A stretch of 64,000 nt of DNA from Eledone cirrhosa. Taxonomy: Eukaryota. Both the position numbers and the translations under genes were made by a program. The notes below the pieces were generated by a model, which made no database searches, was not told where the DNA came from, and saw nothing but the letters and a program-made list of their open reading frames with translations. Shown piece by piece: positions 29,581-42,678 of this stretch. The stretch is from contig OZ024740.1 in the NCBI GenBank assembly GCA_964016885.1, positions 88,660,001-88,724,000 of the forward strand. Direction: 5' to 3'. Position 1 is the stretch's first letter. Every line of letters begins with the position of its first letter.

Positions 29581-30536
29581 TATATTTAACAGAAGGTTAT
29601 CGCTCTACATGGCTGAATACAATAAATATAATCTGGGTTTTTTCGAATATTAATAATAATATTCGATTCGTTTGCAATTATGCAAAGAAGCCTCTTTTTA
29701 AAACCATGGCAGTAGAATGAGCCCCTCATTCTTGCTCTTGTGTTGGCATGTAAGCAGAACTGCAGAGACTAATGTTTACTGGGTGATTACTCTTCATCGG
29801 TGCAGTTTACTGTTCACCTGCCAACTGTCAGACCTAGTGAAAATATATGATATTTTCTAAAATATAGTGTGACTGATCGGCCTGATTTGCATATTAGAAA
29901 ACCGGCTGATCAGTCAGATCTGCATATTAGCAGATCTACTGATCAGCCCGATTTCCATATCAGCAGAGAGGGCAGGCAGCTTCATGTATACGAGCGATTA
30001 ATTGCTGGCTTGGGCTCATTCTACTGCCATGGCTTTAAAATAAAGAGGCTTGTTTGCATAATTACAAACGAATCGAATATTATTATTATTATTCGAAAAA
30101 CCTAGATTACATGTATTGCATTTAGTCATGTAGAGCGATAACTTTTTGTTAGTTATTTGAATATGTAAAAGCCGGCCATTAATAGGTGGTATACATGAAA
30201 TCTGCTGATATGTAAATCTGGCTGATCATTGGGTGTGCTAATATGCAGATCTGACTGATCAGCCAGTTTGCTAATATGCAAATCAGGCCGACCAGTCACA
30301 CTATATTTTAGAAAATATCATATATTTTCACTACCTCTGACAGATGGCAGGTGTACAGTAAGCTGTACTGATGAAGGGTGATCACCCAGAAATATTAGTG
30401 TCTGCTGTTCTGTTTACATGCCAACACAGGAGCAGGAATAAGGGTTTGTTTGCATAAGAGGCAGGAATAAGAGTCTTGTTTGCATAATTGCAAACGAATC
30501 GTATATTATTAATAATATTCGAAAAACCCAGATTAC

Positions 30537-30540
<4 letters not shown>
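29581..30540. mobile_element. ORF-less HHR repeat of about 427 bp: inverted copy followed by a partial tandem
   Basis: 29581-29965 is inverted relative to 30010-30540. HHRs lie at 29758-29807 (-) and 30361-30409 (+). Confidence 0.85.
30361..30409 (+). ncRNA. Type I hammerhead ribozyme
   Basis: agctgta-CTGATGA-a gggt gatc accc a-GAAA-ta ttag tg-TC-tgctgtt. The inverted copy has a perfect aactgca/tgcagtt stem I. Confidence 0.78.
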
Positions 30541-30604
<64 letters not shown>

Positions 30605-30607
<3 letters not shown>

Positions 30608-33426
30608 TTTTCTTAAAATAAAAGATTAAAGTTTAAGCAAAGAATCGCTGCTTTCACCCTTAACGGGATCTTCTGAAACTAAAAAAGTCAATCTATGAAC
30701 ACAGAAGTGAATATTTCAAAAAAAGTTGCAACTGAAGGAAGACAGGACGACGCTACTTTGGTTCGTGGAAACGTTCCCTGGCAAAGAACGAAAAAAAAAA
30801 CGAAGATAATACGTCATTATTTGGAGCGGTGAAAACAATTACGCGCAAAGACAAAACCACGTTTATGGTATAAATGAAGTAGTAGACTAATATTCTATTA
30901 GGTACAGGCTTTCATGGAGGCATTCTCTGGCAATGAATGGAAAAAATGAAGATAATACGTCATAATGTGGAGCGGTGAGAACAATTACAGGCAAAGACAA
31001 AACCACGTAAATGGTATAACTGAAGTCGTAGACTAAAATTCTATCTACGAAACCGTATGATTCTCGGCTTCAGAGTTAAGAATAAAGTAAATAGAATACA
31101 GAGGTAATCGAAATTAAATATATACATACACGCATCCATATACGTACATACACAAGCATACACGAAAACACTCGCCATGGGTATACAAATACGAGCACGT
31201 ACAAAAAACCCCCCAAAAAACTTGCGCCCATACCAAACCCACGCAACGCCTGTACCCGCACACATACGAACGTATACACCAAATACACATAAAATATATA
31301 TAAAATAAATATTTATTAAAATAACAGATTAAAGTTTAAGCAAAGAATCGCTGCTTTCACCCTTAATGGGATCTTCTGAAACTAACAAAGTCAATCTGTA
31401 AACGCAGAAGTGGATATTTCAAAAAACGTTGCAACCGGAGGAAGACAGGAAGACGATGCTTTGGTTCGTGGAAACGTTCGCTGGCAAAGAACGGGAAAAA
31501 ACGAATATAATACGTCATTAATAGGAGCGGTGAAAAACAATTACGCGCAAAGAAAGAACCACGTTTATGGTATAAAAGAGGTCGTAGACTAATGTTCTCT
31601 TAGGTGGTTCATAGAGATGTTCTCTGGCAATGAACGAACAAAAACGAAGATAATACGTCATATGTGGAGCGTGGAGAACAATAGCACGCAAAGACAAAAC
31701 CACGTAAATGGTATAGCAGAAGTCGTAGACTAAAATTCTAACTAGGAGACCGAATGAATCTCCGCTACAGAGTTAAGAACAAAGTAAATAAATACAATAC
31801 AGAAGTAATGGAAATAAATAAATACATACCCGCAAACAAATACGTACTTACACACGCATACGCAAAACACTTACCATAGGTATACAAAACCATGCACATA
31901 TAAATATGTGTGTGTGTGTGTGTGTGTGTGTATGCGTGTATACAAATAAATAAATAATTATATAAACGTATATAAATAAATAAATACGTATATAACAAGC
32001 GCACACACATACCTACATGTAAATACACGAATGTACGGAGACGTAAGTCAACCAAAACATGAAGTACACATATACACACACCCTACATACGTACGAACCA
32101 GCATACTCACACAGACGCAAAACTCCCGTATACACATAGCCAAACCATATGTACCAGAATATATAAAAATTATACGCCATCACGTAGACAATCAAATATA
32201 CGTACGAGAAGGTATATGTACCTTCACAAAACATACGGGTAATATATACTTACCTATGCAAATAGGTAATGGTATAAACAAAACATATACTTAGCTCCCA
32301 CATCAAGACGTAAAATATCCACGTATAGATCGTACTATCCGTTAGGGTATAACATGGGGCTCTAATACAGGAAAGTTTTGTGCAATTTATGTTTACAAGC
32401 CGAAATTGCCTCAGATGTTTTGTTTAGGATGTTGTTTTTAGCGCAGAGTATTTCCAGGGCCTCAGCGGCGCAGAGGTCACATGGTCTTTTATTTCCGTTA
32501 TACAATCTAGCCCTAGCTAGGATCTGCCAGTGTAACTTATATTGGTTGGGTTGTCTTTTAGACTCCAGATATAAGCTGAAAGTGACATCATATTCCTTTT
32601 AAAGGGTAACGAAAAGAATGGGTATGCATGTAAAGAAGCTGCATGAATCTATTGGCGGTTAACCCTATGTAGGCTCTACGGGACGTGGGTGTGTCAACCT
32701 TACATTTGTAGACAATGTTACTTGAGAGGCATTTCCCGGATAGGGGGCAGTCAACCCGGTTCCTACAATTACAGTTAGTATTAGCTACAGGGTTGCACGT
32801 ACTCCTACGGCTAGGTAATTTAGCTAAATTTGAAGCTGTGATGTTATGTGCAAGGTTAGGAGTCGTAGAGTAAGACATTTTAATGGTATTTCTATGAAAA
32901 ATGTTATTATATTTACGTGCTTGGGAGGAAATGCTTCATAATAAGGGAGAGAAAGATCTTAGCTAATGGTGTGACCACTTCGATATTATATGGTGGGTTA
33001 TACCACATAATGCGTCGGGATCTATTTTTCCTAGGTCTATTATCGTACTCTGTGTAGGCTACCTTATTGAATATTAGTCTACGATTCATATATACCATAA
33101 AAGTGGTTTTGTCTTTGCGCGTAATTGTTATCCCTGCTCCTAATAATGACGTATTATCTTCGGTTCTTTCCGTTCTTTGCCAGGAAACGTTTCCACGAAC
33201 CAAAGTATCGTTTTCTAGTCTTCCTTCGGTTGCAACGATTTTTGAAATATTCACGTCTGCGTTCACAGATTGACTTTTTTAGTTTCAGAAGATCCCGTTT
33301 AGGGGGAAAGCAGCGATTCTTTGCTTAATCTTTAATTTGTTATTTTAATAAATATTTGCCCTACGGTTCTTCTATATTTGATATATATTTATCCTTCTCG
33401 AGCCTTCTTTGGGTTTTAGTCTTCAA

Positions 33427-33466
<40 letters not shown>

Positions 33467-33467
33467 G
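30605..33467 (-). mobile_element. 5'-truncated Penelope-like element with an inverted 5' pLTR (33070-33467), a GIY-YIG remnant (32370-33070) and tandem 3' pLTRs (703 bp period)
   Basis: RRIMWYNPPYN, CNCRNRVDCPLSGKC..NIVYKC..AYIGLT. pLTR copies start near 30615 and 31318, with an inverted copy at 33070-33440. HHR-like motifs at 30630-30680 (-), 31333-31383 (-) and 33281-33331 (+). Confidence 0.85.
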
Positions 33468-33655
33468 ACGGGGGTGAATTGGCAGTAACGGTAGAGTGTT
33501 GGATGCCATGCTTTCTAGCATAGTTACATCCATTTAGAGTCTGAGTTCAAATCCCACTGAGGTTAACTTTGCCTTTCATCCTTACGGGGTCGATAAAATA
33601 AAGTATCAGTAATGTACTGGGTAATAGCTGACCTTGTGCCAAACGTAGAAACAAT
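33467..33655 (+). mobile_element. tRNA-derived SINE with Meta-SINE-like central domain
   Basis: B box gagttcaaatccc followed by tttgcctttcatccttacggggtcgataaa. Related copies at 57340-57495 and 58180-58332. Confidence 0.75.
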
Positions 33656-34021
33656 TATTATTATTGTTCTTTGAGTCTCAGTCATTGATGTTAGTTAACT
33701 GGAAAGTTTGTTGAAATGAATATCAAGTCACTACCTGCAGCCTCAGATATTCAGGACGTATCGGAGGGTTCTTGCTGTTCCCAGCAAGCATGCCTTTTGA
33801 AGCGTTCAAAATGCGTGGCGGGGCCAATTTTCTTTAACCATCCCTGGAAACTTTTTGAGATAGTACCTAGGGCGCCTATGACAATCGGGACCACTTTGAC
33901 TTCATGGCAGTTCAAAATCCTTTTTACCTCTTACTTTAAGTCCTGGTATCGGTTAATTTTCTCCCTCTCCTTCTCTTGCACTCTTGTGTCGAATGGACAG
34001 GCCACATCCACAATCAGGCAC
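33655..34021 (-). mobile_element. R4/Dong-like LINE 3' fragment with (AAT)n tail
   Basis: Near-copy of 34620-34983 (VDVACPFD..EKEREKINRYQDLK). Confidence 0.9.
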
Positions 34022-34600
34022 GAACACCTGCTGTCACGGGTAGGACCTATCCAGCTATCAGCTGAGTCCATCGTGAGGATTGCCCCGCCCCCTTCCTTTA
34101 GCCTGGAAGGGCAGGCAGTTTTTATCTGTCTGGTGGCCATGGCGAAAGAGATAGTATGGTGGACACGTTTGAAAGGGCTGAAGACGAGCACTTACCTCTT
34201 CGGTGATGCCCTGATTAACTTTTTCAAATTTCATTTGAAAAGGAAAATCAGGGCAGAGAGGGAAGTGCGCTCTTCCCAGCATTTTGTTGAAAGATGGGTG
34301 AGAGAAGCAAGTATGGCCCGAATGAATGGGCCTTCTCTGAGTATGTGTCTGTAAATTAAAGGTGGAAAACTGGGAGAGGGCACTTGCCCTGGTGGTCAGG
34401 GCCACTGTGGTCTTTTAATGGGCTTTCTCCACAAATGTCCCTTGGAAGTCTCCCCCCTATTGGGGAATTTTTCTTTGTTATTTTATTTCAACCTCTGTTT
34501 TTTTACACGCAGAAATGCCCATTTGTACCGTCCTGTATTGTCCTGTACTGTCCTTAATGTCTACTTTATGTGAACCCTTGTGGTTAATAAAGAAAACATT
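34022..34600 (+). mobile_element. Tx1/L1-clade LINE 3' fragment
   Basis: LLSRVGPIQLS..MAKEIVWWTRLKGL is homologous to 27225-27713. AATAAA at about 34586. Confidence 0.88.
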
Positions 34601-37025
34601 ATTATTATTATTATTATTATTATTGTTTTTTGAGTCTCAGTCATTGATGATATTTAACTGGAAAGTTTGTTGAAATGAATATCAAGCTGCTACCTGCAGC
34701 CTCAGATATTCAGGACGTATCGGAGGGTTCTTGCTGTTCCCAGCAAGCATGCCTTTTGAAGTTTTCGAAAAAGCGGGGCTGGACTAATCTTCTTTAACCA
34801 TCCCTGGAAACTACTTGATATAGTACCTAGTGCGCCTATGACAATCGGGACCACTTTGACTTCATGGCTGTTCCAAATCCTTTTTACCTCCCACTTTAAG
34901 TCCTGGTATCGGTTAATTTTTTCCCTCTCCTTCTCTTGCACTTTCGTGTCGAAAGGGCAGGCCACATCCAAAATCAGGCACGATCTTTTTTCCTTGTCCA
35001 AAACCACCAGGTCAGGTCTATTGTGTTCCAGTTTCTTGTCCCTCTGTATCCTAACAGCTCCTTCACCTGATCGTTTTCTATCACCGACTCTGGCTGATGC
35101 TCATACCACTTCTCAGAATGTGGTAAATTGTTTACTTTGCATAGGTGCCAGTGGATCACCCTGCCCATCACATCATATCTCCAGCCTTTATAGTGAGTCT
35201 GGGCTAGGTGTTTACACTCGGATACAATGTGAACCACAGTCTCCTCTCTCTCTCCACAGATCCTGCACAGTGGGCTAGCCTCCTCCTTGTAAATATGGTG
35301 TTTCAGCCACTTTGTTTTGAGGGCCTGCTCTTGCGCAGCCAAAAGCATTCCTTCTGTAGCCTCTTTAAGGTCTCCTCTTTTCAATCAGTTCCATGTCTGT
35401 GGATCTCTGAATTCAGTTTTCTCAAAGAAGGTACTATGAAGGGATTTTTCCTGAAGGCTGCTCTTTTTCCTTGTTGTTATTTCCTCCTTGGACATCCCCT
35501 GGTCTATTGTCCTCTCCTTCAGTACAATTCTGAGCATTGGATCCTTACTATCGGTCACGTATTTGTGTAGGTTGTTTTTCTCCATCTGAACACAGTCCTC
35601 TATGCTGATAAAACCTCTTCCACCTTCAGATCTCCTTAAGTAGTCTATCCACATCACTCCTCTTGTGGAACATGTTGTAGACAGTCAATAGCTTCCTAGT
35701 CTTCCTATCCATTTCTTTTTGTTCAGCAACATTCCATCTCAGAATTCCCGCATTGCACCTAGTAATAGACACGGCTCTGGAATTTACTGCACTTATGGCA
35801 TTCCTACTGTTCAGATGTGATTTTAATACGCTCCTTATTCTCCGAATGTATTCAGATCTTATCAATTCCTTCATTCTTTTGTTCTTGATGTCATCAGCCT
35901 CCAGAACACCCACATACTTGTATCCTTATTCAGTGTCAATTTGTTTAATCATCTCACCTGTTGGTACCTGGATTCCGTTGCTTTTGCTCAATTTACGCCT
36001 CTTCATTACAAGGACTCCACACTTACTAATACCAAATTGCATACATAAATCATTGATGACAATACGGACAGTGTCAACAAGCACATCCAACTCCTTCTCA
36101 CTCTTCCCGAAGAGCTTAAGATCGTTCATGAAGAGGAGGTGATTGATGTAAGCTCTCCCTTTCCCAACTTGTGTCCTGCTCTCACTTTTCACAGTATAAT
36201 GGTCAGGGGGATCATGGAAAGGACAAACAACAGAGTGGACAGACTATCTCCCTGGAAGATAGCTCTCTTGATCTTCACGCCTCCCAAGGATTCTCCAGCT
36301 GATGTTAACTCTGTTTTCCAGGACTTTATACTTTTGCTCAACAACTGTCTGATGTTATCTACCACCCTGAAGATCTCTAGGCTTTTGGTGATCCAAGAAT
36401 GAGGCACCATGTCAAATGCCTTTTTGTCGTCTATCCATCCCATGGCAAGACCAGTGTGTCTCCTCTTGCAATTTCTCATTACCATCTTATCAATAAGTAA
36501 CTGGTCCTTTGTACCACAGGACTTCGTTCGGCATCCTTTCTGTTCGTCCGGTAACAAGTTGTTTGTGTGCAGATGATGGTAGATTTCCTCAGACACAATG
36601 CTTTTCAACAGTTTCCACATTACGGACAGAAATGTGATAGGTCTATATTTGGTAACATCATTACCCTTGATTCGGTCTTTCATAACCAGAACTGTGGTAC
36701 CTTTTGTCAACCACTCTGGTACCTCACCTGACATCAAGCAGTCATTGAACATGGTTGTCAGTTTCGGGTGGAGGGATGTTATATTTTTAATCCAATACCC
36801 CTGCACACCATCTGGGCCTGGTGATTTCCAGTTGGTTAGTTTTTTGGCCTACCCCTTAAGAGTTTCAACTGTGATACTGAAATCAGTTTGTTGGTGTGCC
36901 TGTTCACTAATCTCCTTTTGTACTGTCTCAATCCACACTGCCTGGTCATTATGTTTAACATCCTGCTCCCATATTCCTCTCCAGAATGTCTTACTTTGTT
37001 CCGCCTCAGGGATCAAGTCGTTGCC
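34600..37025 (-). mobile_element. R4/Dong-like non-LTR retrotransposon, 5'-truncated and frameshifted
   Basis: PGPDGVQGYW, YRPIT, EQKGCR, KKAFDMVPH, AIFQGDSLS, LFMNDLKL, CRIC..ETVVHIVSEC zinc finger, RPD endonuclease. (AAT)n tail. Confidence 0.93.
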
Positions 37026-39590
37026 TCATTTTTCGAAACACAACAGCACTGTACGGTCACGTACCATGCAGTAAGCACAACATCTCGTAGGGTTGAAAGA
37101 GCCACAGAGGCTCAAATACAAAAAGTCTTAGGGTCTGTGTGGCAGCAGAAAACGCATATCACCCGAAGCAAAAAAATATGCCACCGTGGACGTGCTTTTT
37201 GCCACACCCCAGGAGGCAAAGGTTCAATACTTAGTGACCCTAAGGAGCGAGGAAATGGTGTTGGTGCCCTCCTACTGCGGACAAAAAATTATGAGGGTCA
37301 AACTGACCCACTTCCCCCCCGGGATGGCCCTTCTTGGCTGGTCGCGTCCGTCCTCGTCGGAATCGAGGACAAAACAACTCTACTGCAAGTACAGAAAAAA
37401 GTACGAGAAGATTGGGTCGGCACCTCCATTGAGATGTTAATCCAAACCAACCAAGAGTGCATCGAAGTTATCCTGGATTTGATAGACTTCGATAACGGCA
37501 CTCAACTGGCCATAAGTGTTGAGGGCAAATGCCCGAAATGCTTTCGCTGTGGATCGAAGACTCACCACAGGGCCTTCTTCAATGAGAATACCCTGTGAAA
37601 GGAGAACCCCCCCTCCATCCTTCCGAAACCGGCTCCACTGCTACCAGCAACAAGACAGGCGGCAACCAGGAAGGATAGGTCCGTGGTACCCATACCCACG
37701 CCACGGAAATCAAGAACATCAGCAGCAGTGGAAGTATTAACAACAACAACAGCAATACCAGCTGCAGCTGCAACAGAGACTCCACTGCAAACATCACCAA
37801 CAACAACAGGTGAAAGAGTGGAGCTGGTACCCGTCCCCGACCTCACAGAATCGCACATCGAGTTGGAGGTGGGAGAGGGATGGCAAAAGGTCGCAAGAAG
37901 GCACAAACGCAGAAGTAGCGCATCGTCACCTTCGAAAAGAGAGGAAAGAAATGAAAAAAGGGTAAAGCCTACTGCAAAGAGAGTTACAGCAGCAACACCA
38001 ACAACACCATCACCACCCACACTAGCACCACCAACACCACCGGCGGCAACCACCTCCACCCCCAACCCCAGAAAAACAAATGCACAGCAATAAATACACA
38101 CAACAAGAAACTAATGACTTACATAATTGAACACACAGACATTTCACAGCACGACTACATAATACCAGCACCAATCAAAACACCAACGAACATAGGACTG
38201 GTAAGAATAGCACAGAAGCAATAGACAAACATTAAAACGAAATTCCCCAACGCAGTTGGTGATTTCAGAGACCTAGGAGGGACACTCAACCGGAGAGTAT
38301 ATTCGGATATACTCACAGAAGAGCCGACGACCAGCCGAAGGGACGATTCAACGGTCCCTTCACCAGACGATCAAGTGAAAAGGGATGGAGAAACCATCCT
38401 TCCTCTACGAGAAGTAAGGTAAGTAGTCTTTCCCATCTTTTCCACTCCATTTCAACTTGACCTCACTCAGAATAGGCAACATAAATGCGCGTAGCTTGGG
38501 GTCGTCATGGAAGCTGGGCCACCTACTCAACGACCTCAGGACACTAAACATAGATGTAGTGGCCATCAGCGAGACCAGAATCTCCGAAGCACGGGCCTTC
38601 GCACCGATCTTCGGCGGCTACGATGTGTACGCATCTCCCAGCCGTCCTGGATCGGGGGGAAGGAATTGCTGTGCTTTTTCGGAGAGGTTTGGATCTCGCC
38701 ATACGGACCATCTTCCTGGACCCAGAAGGTAAATTGGTGGTGCTGGACGTGACCAGCAGAGACGGGGAAGCTTTCAGGCTAGAGGCCGTCTATGCCCTGA
38801 CAGGAGCAGGGCGGCCTGATTTCTTCCGGCGTCTGGAGAACTTTCTAGCAACATCCAGCTCTTTAGTGTTAGTGGGTGACTGGAACGGGATCTTAGATGA
38901 ACGCTGGGACTGTGTGGGATTAGCGGATAGGGGAGGAGGGTGCAAAAGTCTCACCAACCTGCTCACGTTTTGAACTCTCTGACAGATACCGATTGGATTT
39001 CCCTAGTGTGCCAATGGGTCAACCGCATAGGGTCATCCAGATCATATCTATATAGAGTATTTTGTAGTGAAATAGATAGGTCTAGCATAGGCTGTCCACA
39101 ATTCAAGATAGTCAGCTACACGGACCACAAATTCTTGTTCTGTGTGCTTGACTTAGATAGTTTTCATAGACGAGGACCCGGCTACTGGAAGCTAAACTCG
39201 TCCTTACCAGCGCACAAGGCCTACAGAGACCGGATTAGCGAACTAGTTAAGCGGGCGTTGACGGGGGTCATCGTCAACAACAAGTGGTGGTTTGCTCTGA
39301 AAAGAGCAATTAGAATAGAGTCCATTAGGTTTAGTAAGACTTTAGCAATAGAGAAAAATAGAGCAGAGGGAGAACTAGTCAGAAAATTAGACGAGGCGCT
39401 TTGTAAAGGCATCGCGAACGACGTACTTGCGGCGAAATTGGCCCTTGACCAATTCTTCAATGCGAAGCACGAAGGCTGCGTTGTCAGAGCTAGGGTGCGT
39501 GCTCTCAGACACGAGGGGACGAAAGCCGTTCAATGGGCCCGAGTGGCGGAGGCGCGTCGTGGCAACAAAGCCACGATCCGGTCTTTGGTG
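37026..39590 (+). mobile_element. Tx1/L1-clade LINE 5' half: ORF1 (zinc knuckle) and ORF2 APE endonuclease, truncated before RT
   Basis: ORF1 has CFRCGSKTH followed by a Thr/Pro-rich tract. ORF2 from 38457 has LRIGNINARSL, ISETR, VGDWN, YTDHK and GPGYWKLN. Confidence 0.9.
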
Positions 39591-40075
39591 TTGAACAAAA
39601 GGGCAACGATGGTTGCTAAACACTGTACGGCTTAATTCGGGATGTTTGTTTACAAACAAACCGAGCATTATAATAAATATTTGGTAAACCCATACGTACA
39701 TATATATATGTGTGCATGTATGTATATACATACTACTGTACGTCTGTATACATATATGTATATATATAAGTATGTATACGTACATACATATATGTATACA
39801 GACGTACAGTAGTATGTATATACATACATGCACACATATATATATGTACGTATGGGTTTACCAAATATTTATTATAATGCTCGGTTTGTTTGTAAACAAA
39901 CATTCCGAATTAAGCCGTACAGTGTTTAGCAACCATCGTTGCCCTTTTGTTCAACACTGACAAAGGAACGATGTACTAGTTCCAAGCTTATTTGCTATCG
40001 TCAGCATCGTATACCTTCCTAAGTAACAGCCGTACTAAGAGTTAGAAATGAAATTCGTTTAATTTTTTCCACTTA
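39588..40075. mobile_element. 440 bp HHR repeat family member with a 370 bp palindrome
   Basis: Arms 39588-39761 and 39785-39958. HHR at 39968-40010 (-) with GAAA changed to GGAA. Confidence 0.9.
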
Positions 40076-40087
40076 TCGATTGCGAGT

Positions 40088-40138
<51 letters not shown>

Positions 40139-40601
40139 GTGTATTATATATATATGTATATATATATCAACTCGCATATAAATATACATATATTTTTGAT
40201 AACAACGAATATACTAACGTTTTGTTAGTATAGAGTGAAAAGAAACATAGACAATATACAACGATTGACACAAGCAATTTCAGAGCGCGAAGAGGTTTTA
40301 CATTTTCATAATACTGTCTTGTTGATTGATTACTGAGCTCTTATTGCTATTTTAAAATTGTAATTCGCATTTATATTTGGTTGCTATCGATGTATCCTAA
40401 TTCAATGAATACAACCTAATTATGGCTGCATTACCATTATCAAAGTGTCGTCTGACTCTACCGTTGTTTTTGCATTTATACAGACAGATAATTATGCTAG
40501 CTTTGCTCATATTTTTTGACTTGTCAATATCTAACCTATAGTAAAAAGTTAACAAGATTTAGTATTTTATTTTATTATGATATAAAAAAAAAATCAACAA
40601 C

Positions 40602-41576
40602 AGCAACATCTACAACAACGACGAAACAGTTTGAGTTTTCTGATGTGAAGTATATGAAGTATAATAAGATGAAATTAACTAACGAAATCATTTGCAATAC
40701 AGTTGTTATTGTTGTATTTATCAAGGCAGAAATGCTAGTGAGTTACACAGACAAGTAAAACAAGTAAAACAAGTAAACGCCCGGTGTTATTTGCTTCTTT
40801 TTGTGTATATTCTGACTGTCAACAGTACACTTTTTGACATTACCTTTCATCTTTCGAAGCTTGATATATTTAGAAATAATACACAATAATATATACCAGT
40901 TGAATATTGTATTCTGTGAATCACGTACATCCTCTAATGTTTTGTAAAAATATAGGAATTATTTATGAATGCATCCAATAGATTAATGGTATTTGTTTGA
41001 ATTTGTTACAGCCCAATCATATATATATATATATATATGATTGTGCTGTAACAAATTCAAACAAATACCAGTAATCTATTGGATGCATTCATAAATAATT
41101 CCTATATATGATTGGGCTGTAACAAATTCAAACAAATACCAGTAATCTATTGGATGAATTCATAAATAATTCCTATATATGATTGGGCTGTAACAAATTC
41201 AAACAAATACCAGTAATCTATTGGATGCATTCATAAATAATTGCTATATTTGTTACAACACATTAAAGGATGTACGTGATTCACAGAATACAATATTCAA
41301 CTGGTATATATTATTGTGTATTATTTCTAAATATATCAAGCTTCGAAAGATGAAAGGTAATGTCAACAAGTGAACTGTTGACAGTCAGAAAGAAGCAAAT
41401 AACACCGGGCGTTTACTTGTTTTACTTGTCTGTGTGACTCACCAGCATTTCTGCCTTGATAAATACAACAATAACAACTGTATTGCAATTGATTTCGTTA
41501 GTTAATTTCATCTTATTATACTTCATATACTTCACATCAGAAAACTCAAACTGTTTCGTCGTTGTTGTAGATGTTG

Positions 41577-41579
<3 letters not shown>
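40602..41579. repeat. Inverted repeat (about 420 bp arms) centred on (TA)n, with a 71 bp unit triplicated in the right arm
   Basis: 40602-41022 versus 41033-41579. Units start at 41037, 41108 and 41179. Confidence 0.93.
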
Positions 41580-41611
<32 letters not shown>

Positions 41612-42257
41612 TATAGATAGGTAGATATACACGGGTGTGTATGATTGTGTATAGAAGATTATATTAATAAGAGGAATTCCAACTTTGTCTGATTTACTCG
41701 TTTTATTTACAATCCTTTAAAATATATAATGGTATTATAATGAAATAGTATGATAGAGTATTAAATTCTAAGTGTTAATTGAACAAGTACTTTCATGCTT
41801 TCGCAATCTTCAGGTTCATAATATTCAGGTTCATAATATGTGGTGACAGTCGAGTTTGCAATTTTCAACTGTAATGAGATGGGTAAATTTCCTACCTTTT
41901 ATACATTTTATACAGAGAAAAGTGGCTCCAGAATGCTAAGCCCTGTAAACTGTATTTCGACCAATGTGTAGTTTCGATCAGTGTGTAGTTTCACTGAATT
42001 ACTAAAGCTGATTGGTTTAAGCGTCACGGCTGGTTGAGCATGCTAAAGACCAATGATCATATCCAAAGCATCAATTGTTTTGCTATGTTTAGAAATGAAG
42101 AAAATAGCATTTTCTATTAATCATCACCATCAACATCACTTTTATTATTATTATTATTATTGTTGTTGTTGTTGTTGTTAGTGGTCGTGGTCATAGTGGT
42201 AGTAGAAGTAGTACCCCTAAGCGTTATTATTGTTCATTTAGCTTGGGTTTGAATTTA

Positions 42258-42518
42258 TCAATACATTCTTTTCTTTGATTTTTCTCTTGGGCTGTGTAAT
42301 TTGTAGAATGGGAATATTATAAATATTCCCTGACCACATGTTGCCAGGTGGCCGCTTAGGGGTATCTGACGGACATTTGGGTCTCTGATTTGTTGATGGT
42401 GTACCCGTGCACGTTCCGATAGTGCATTTCCAGTTTGACCGACATATAGTTCTTCACAATTCGGGCATTTAATGCAGTAAATTAGATTTCTGCTTTTGCA
42501 GTTCATATTTGCATTTGG

Positions 42519-42520
<2 letters not shown>
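42258..42520 (-). pseudogene. GIY-YIG endonuclease fragment of a different PLE lineage (Neptune/Poseidon-like)
   Basis: [34 protein letters not shown]. Confidence 0.8.
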
Positions 42521-42616
<96 letters not shown>

Positions 42617-42623
42617 ATATATG

Positions 42624-42676
<53 letters not shown>

Positions 42677-42678
<2 letters not shown>

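Noticed and set aside
30770-31735. Subrepeats of about 145 bp resembling a CRISPR-like array
   Set aside because: They are diverged tandem subunits within a PLE pseudo-LTR, with no constant repeat/unique spacer pattern and no cas genes, in a eukaryotic context.
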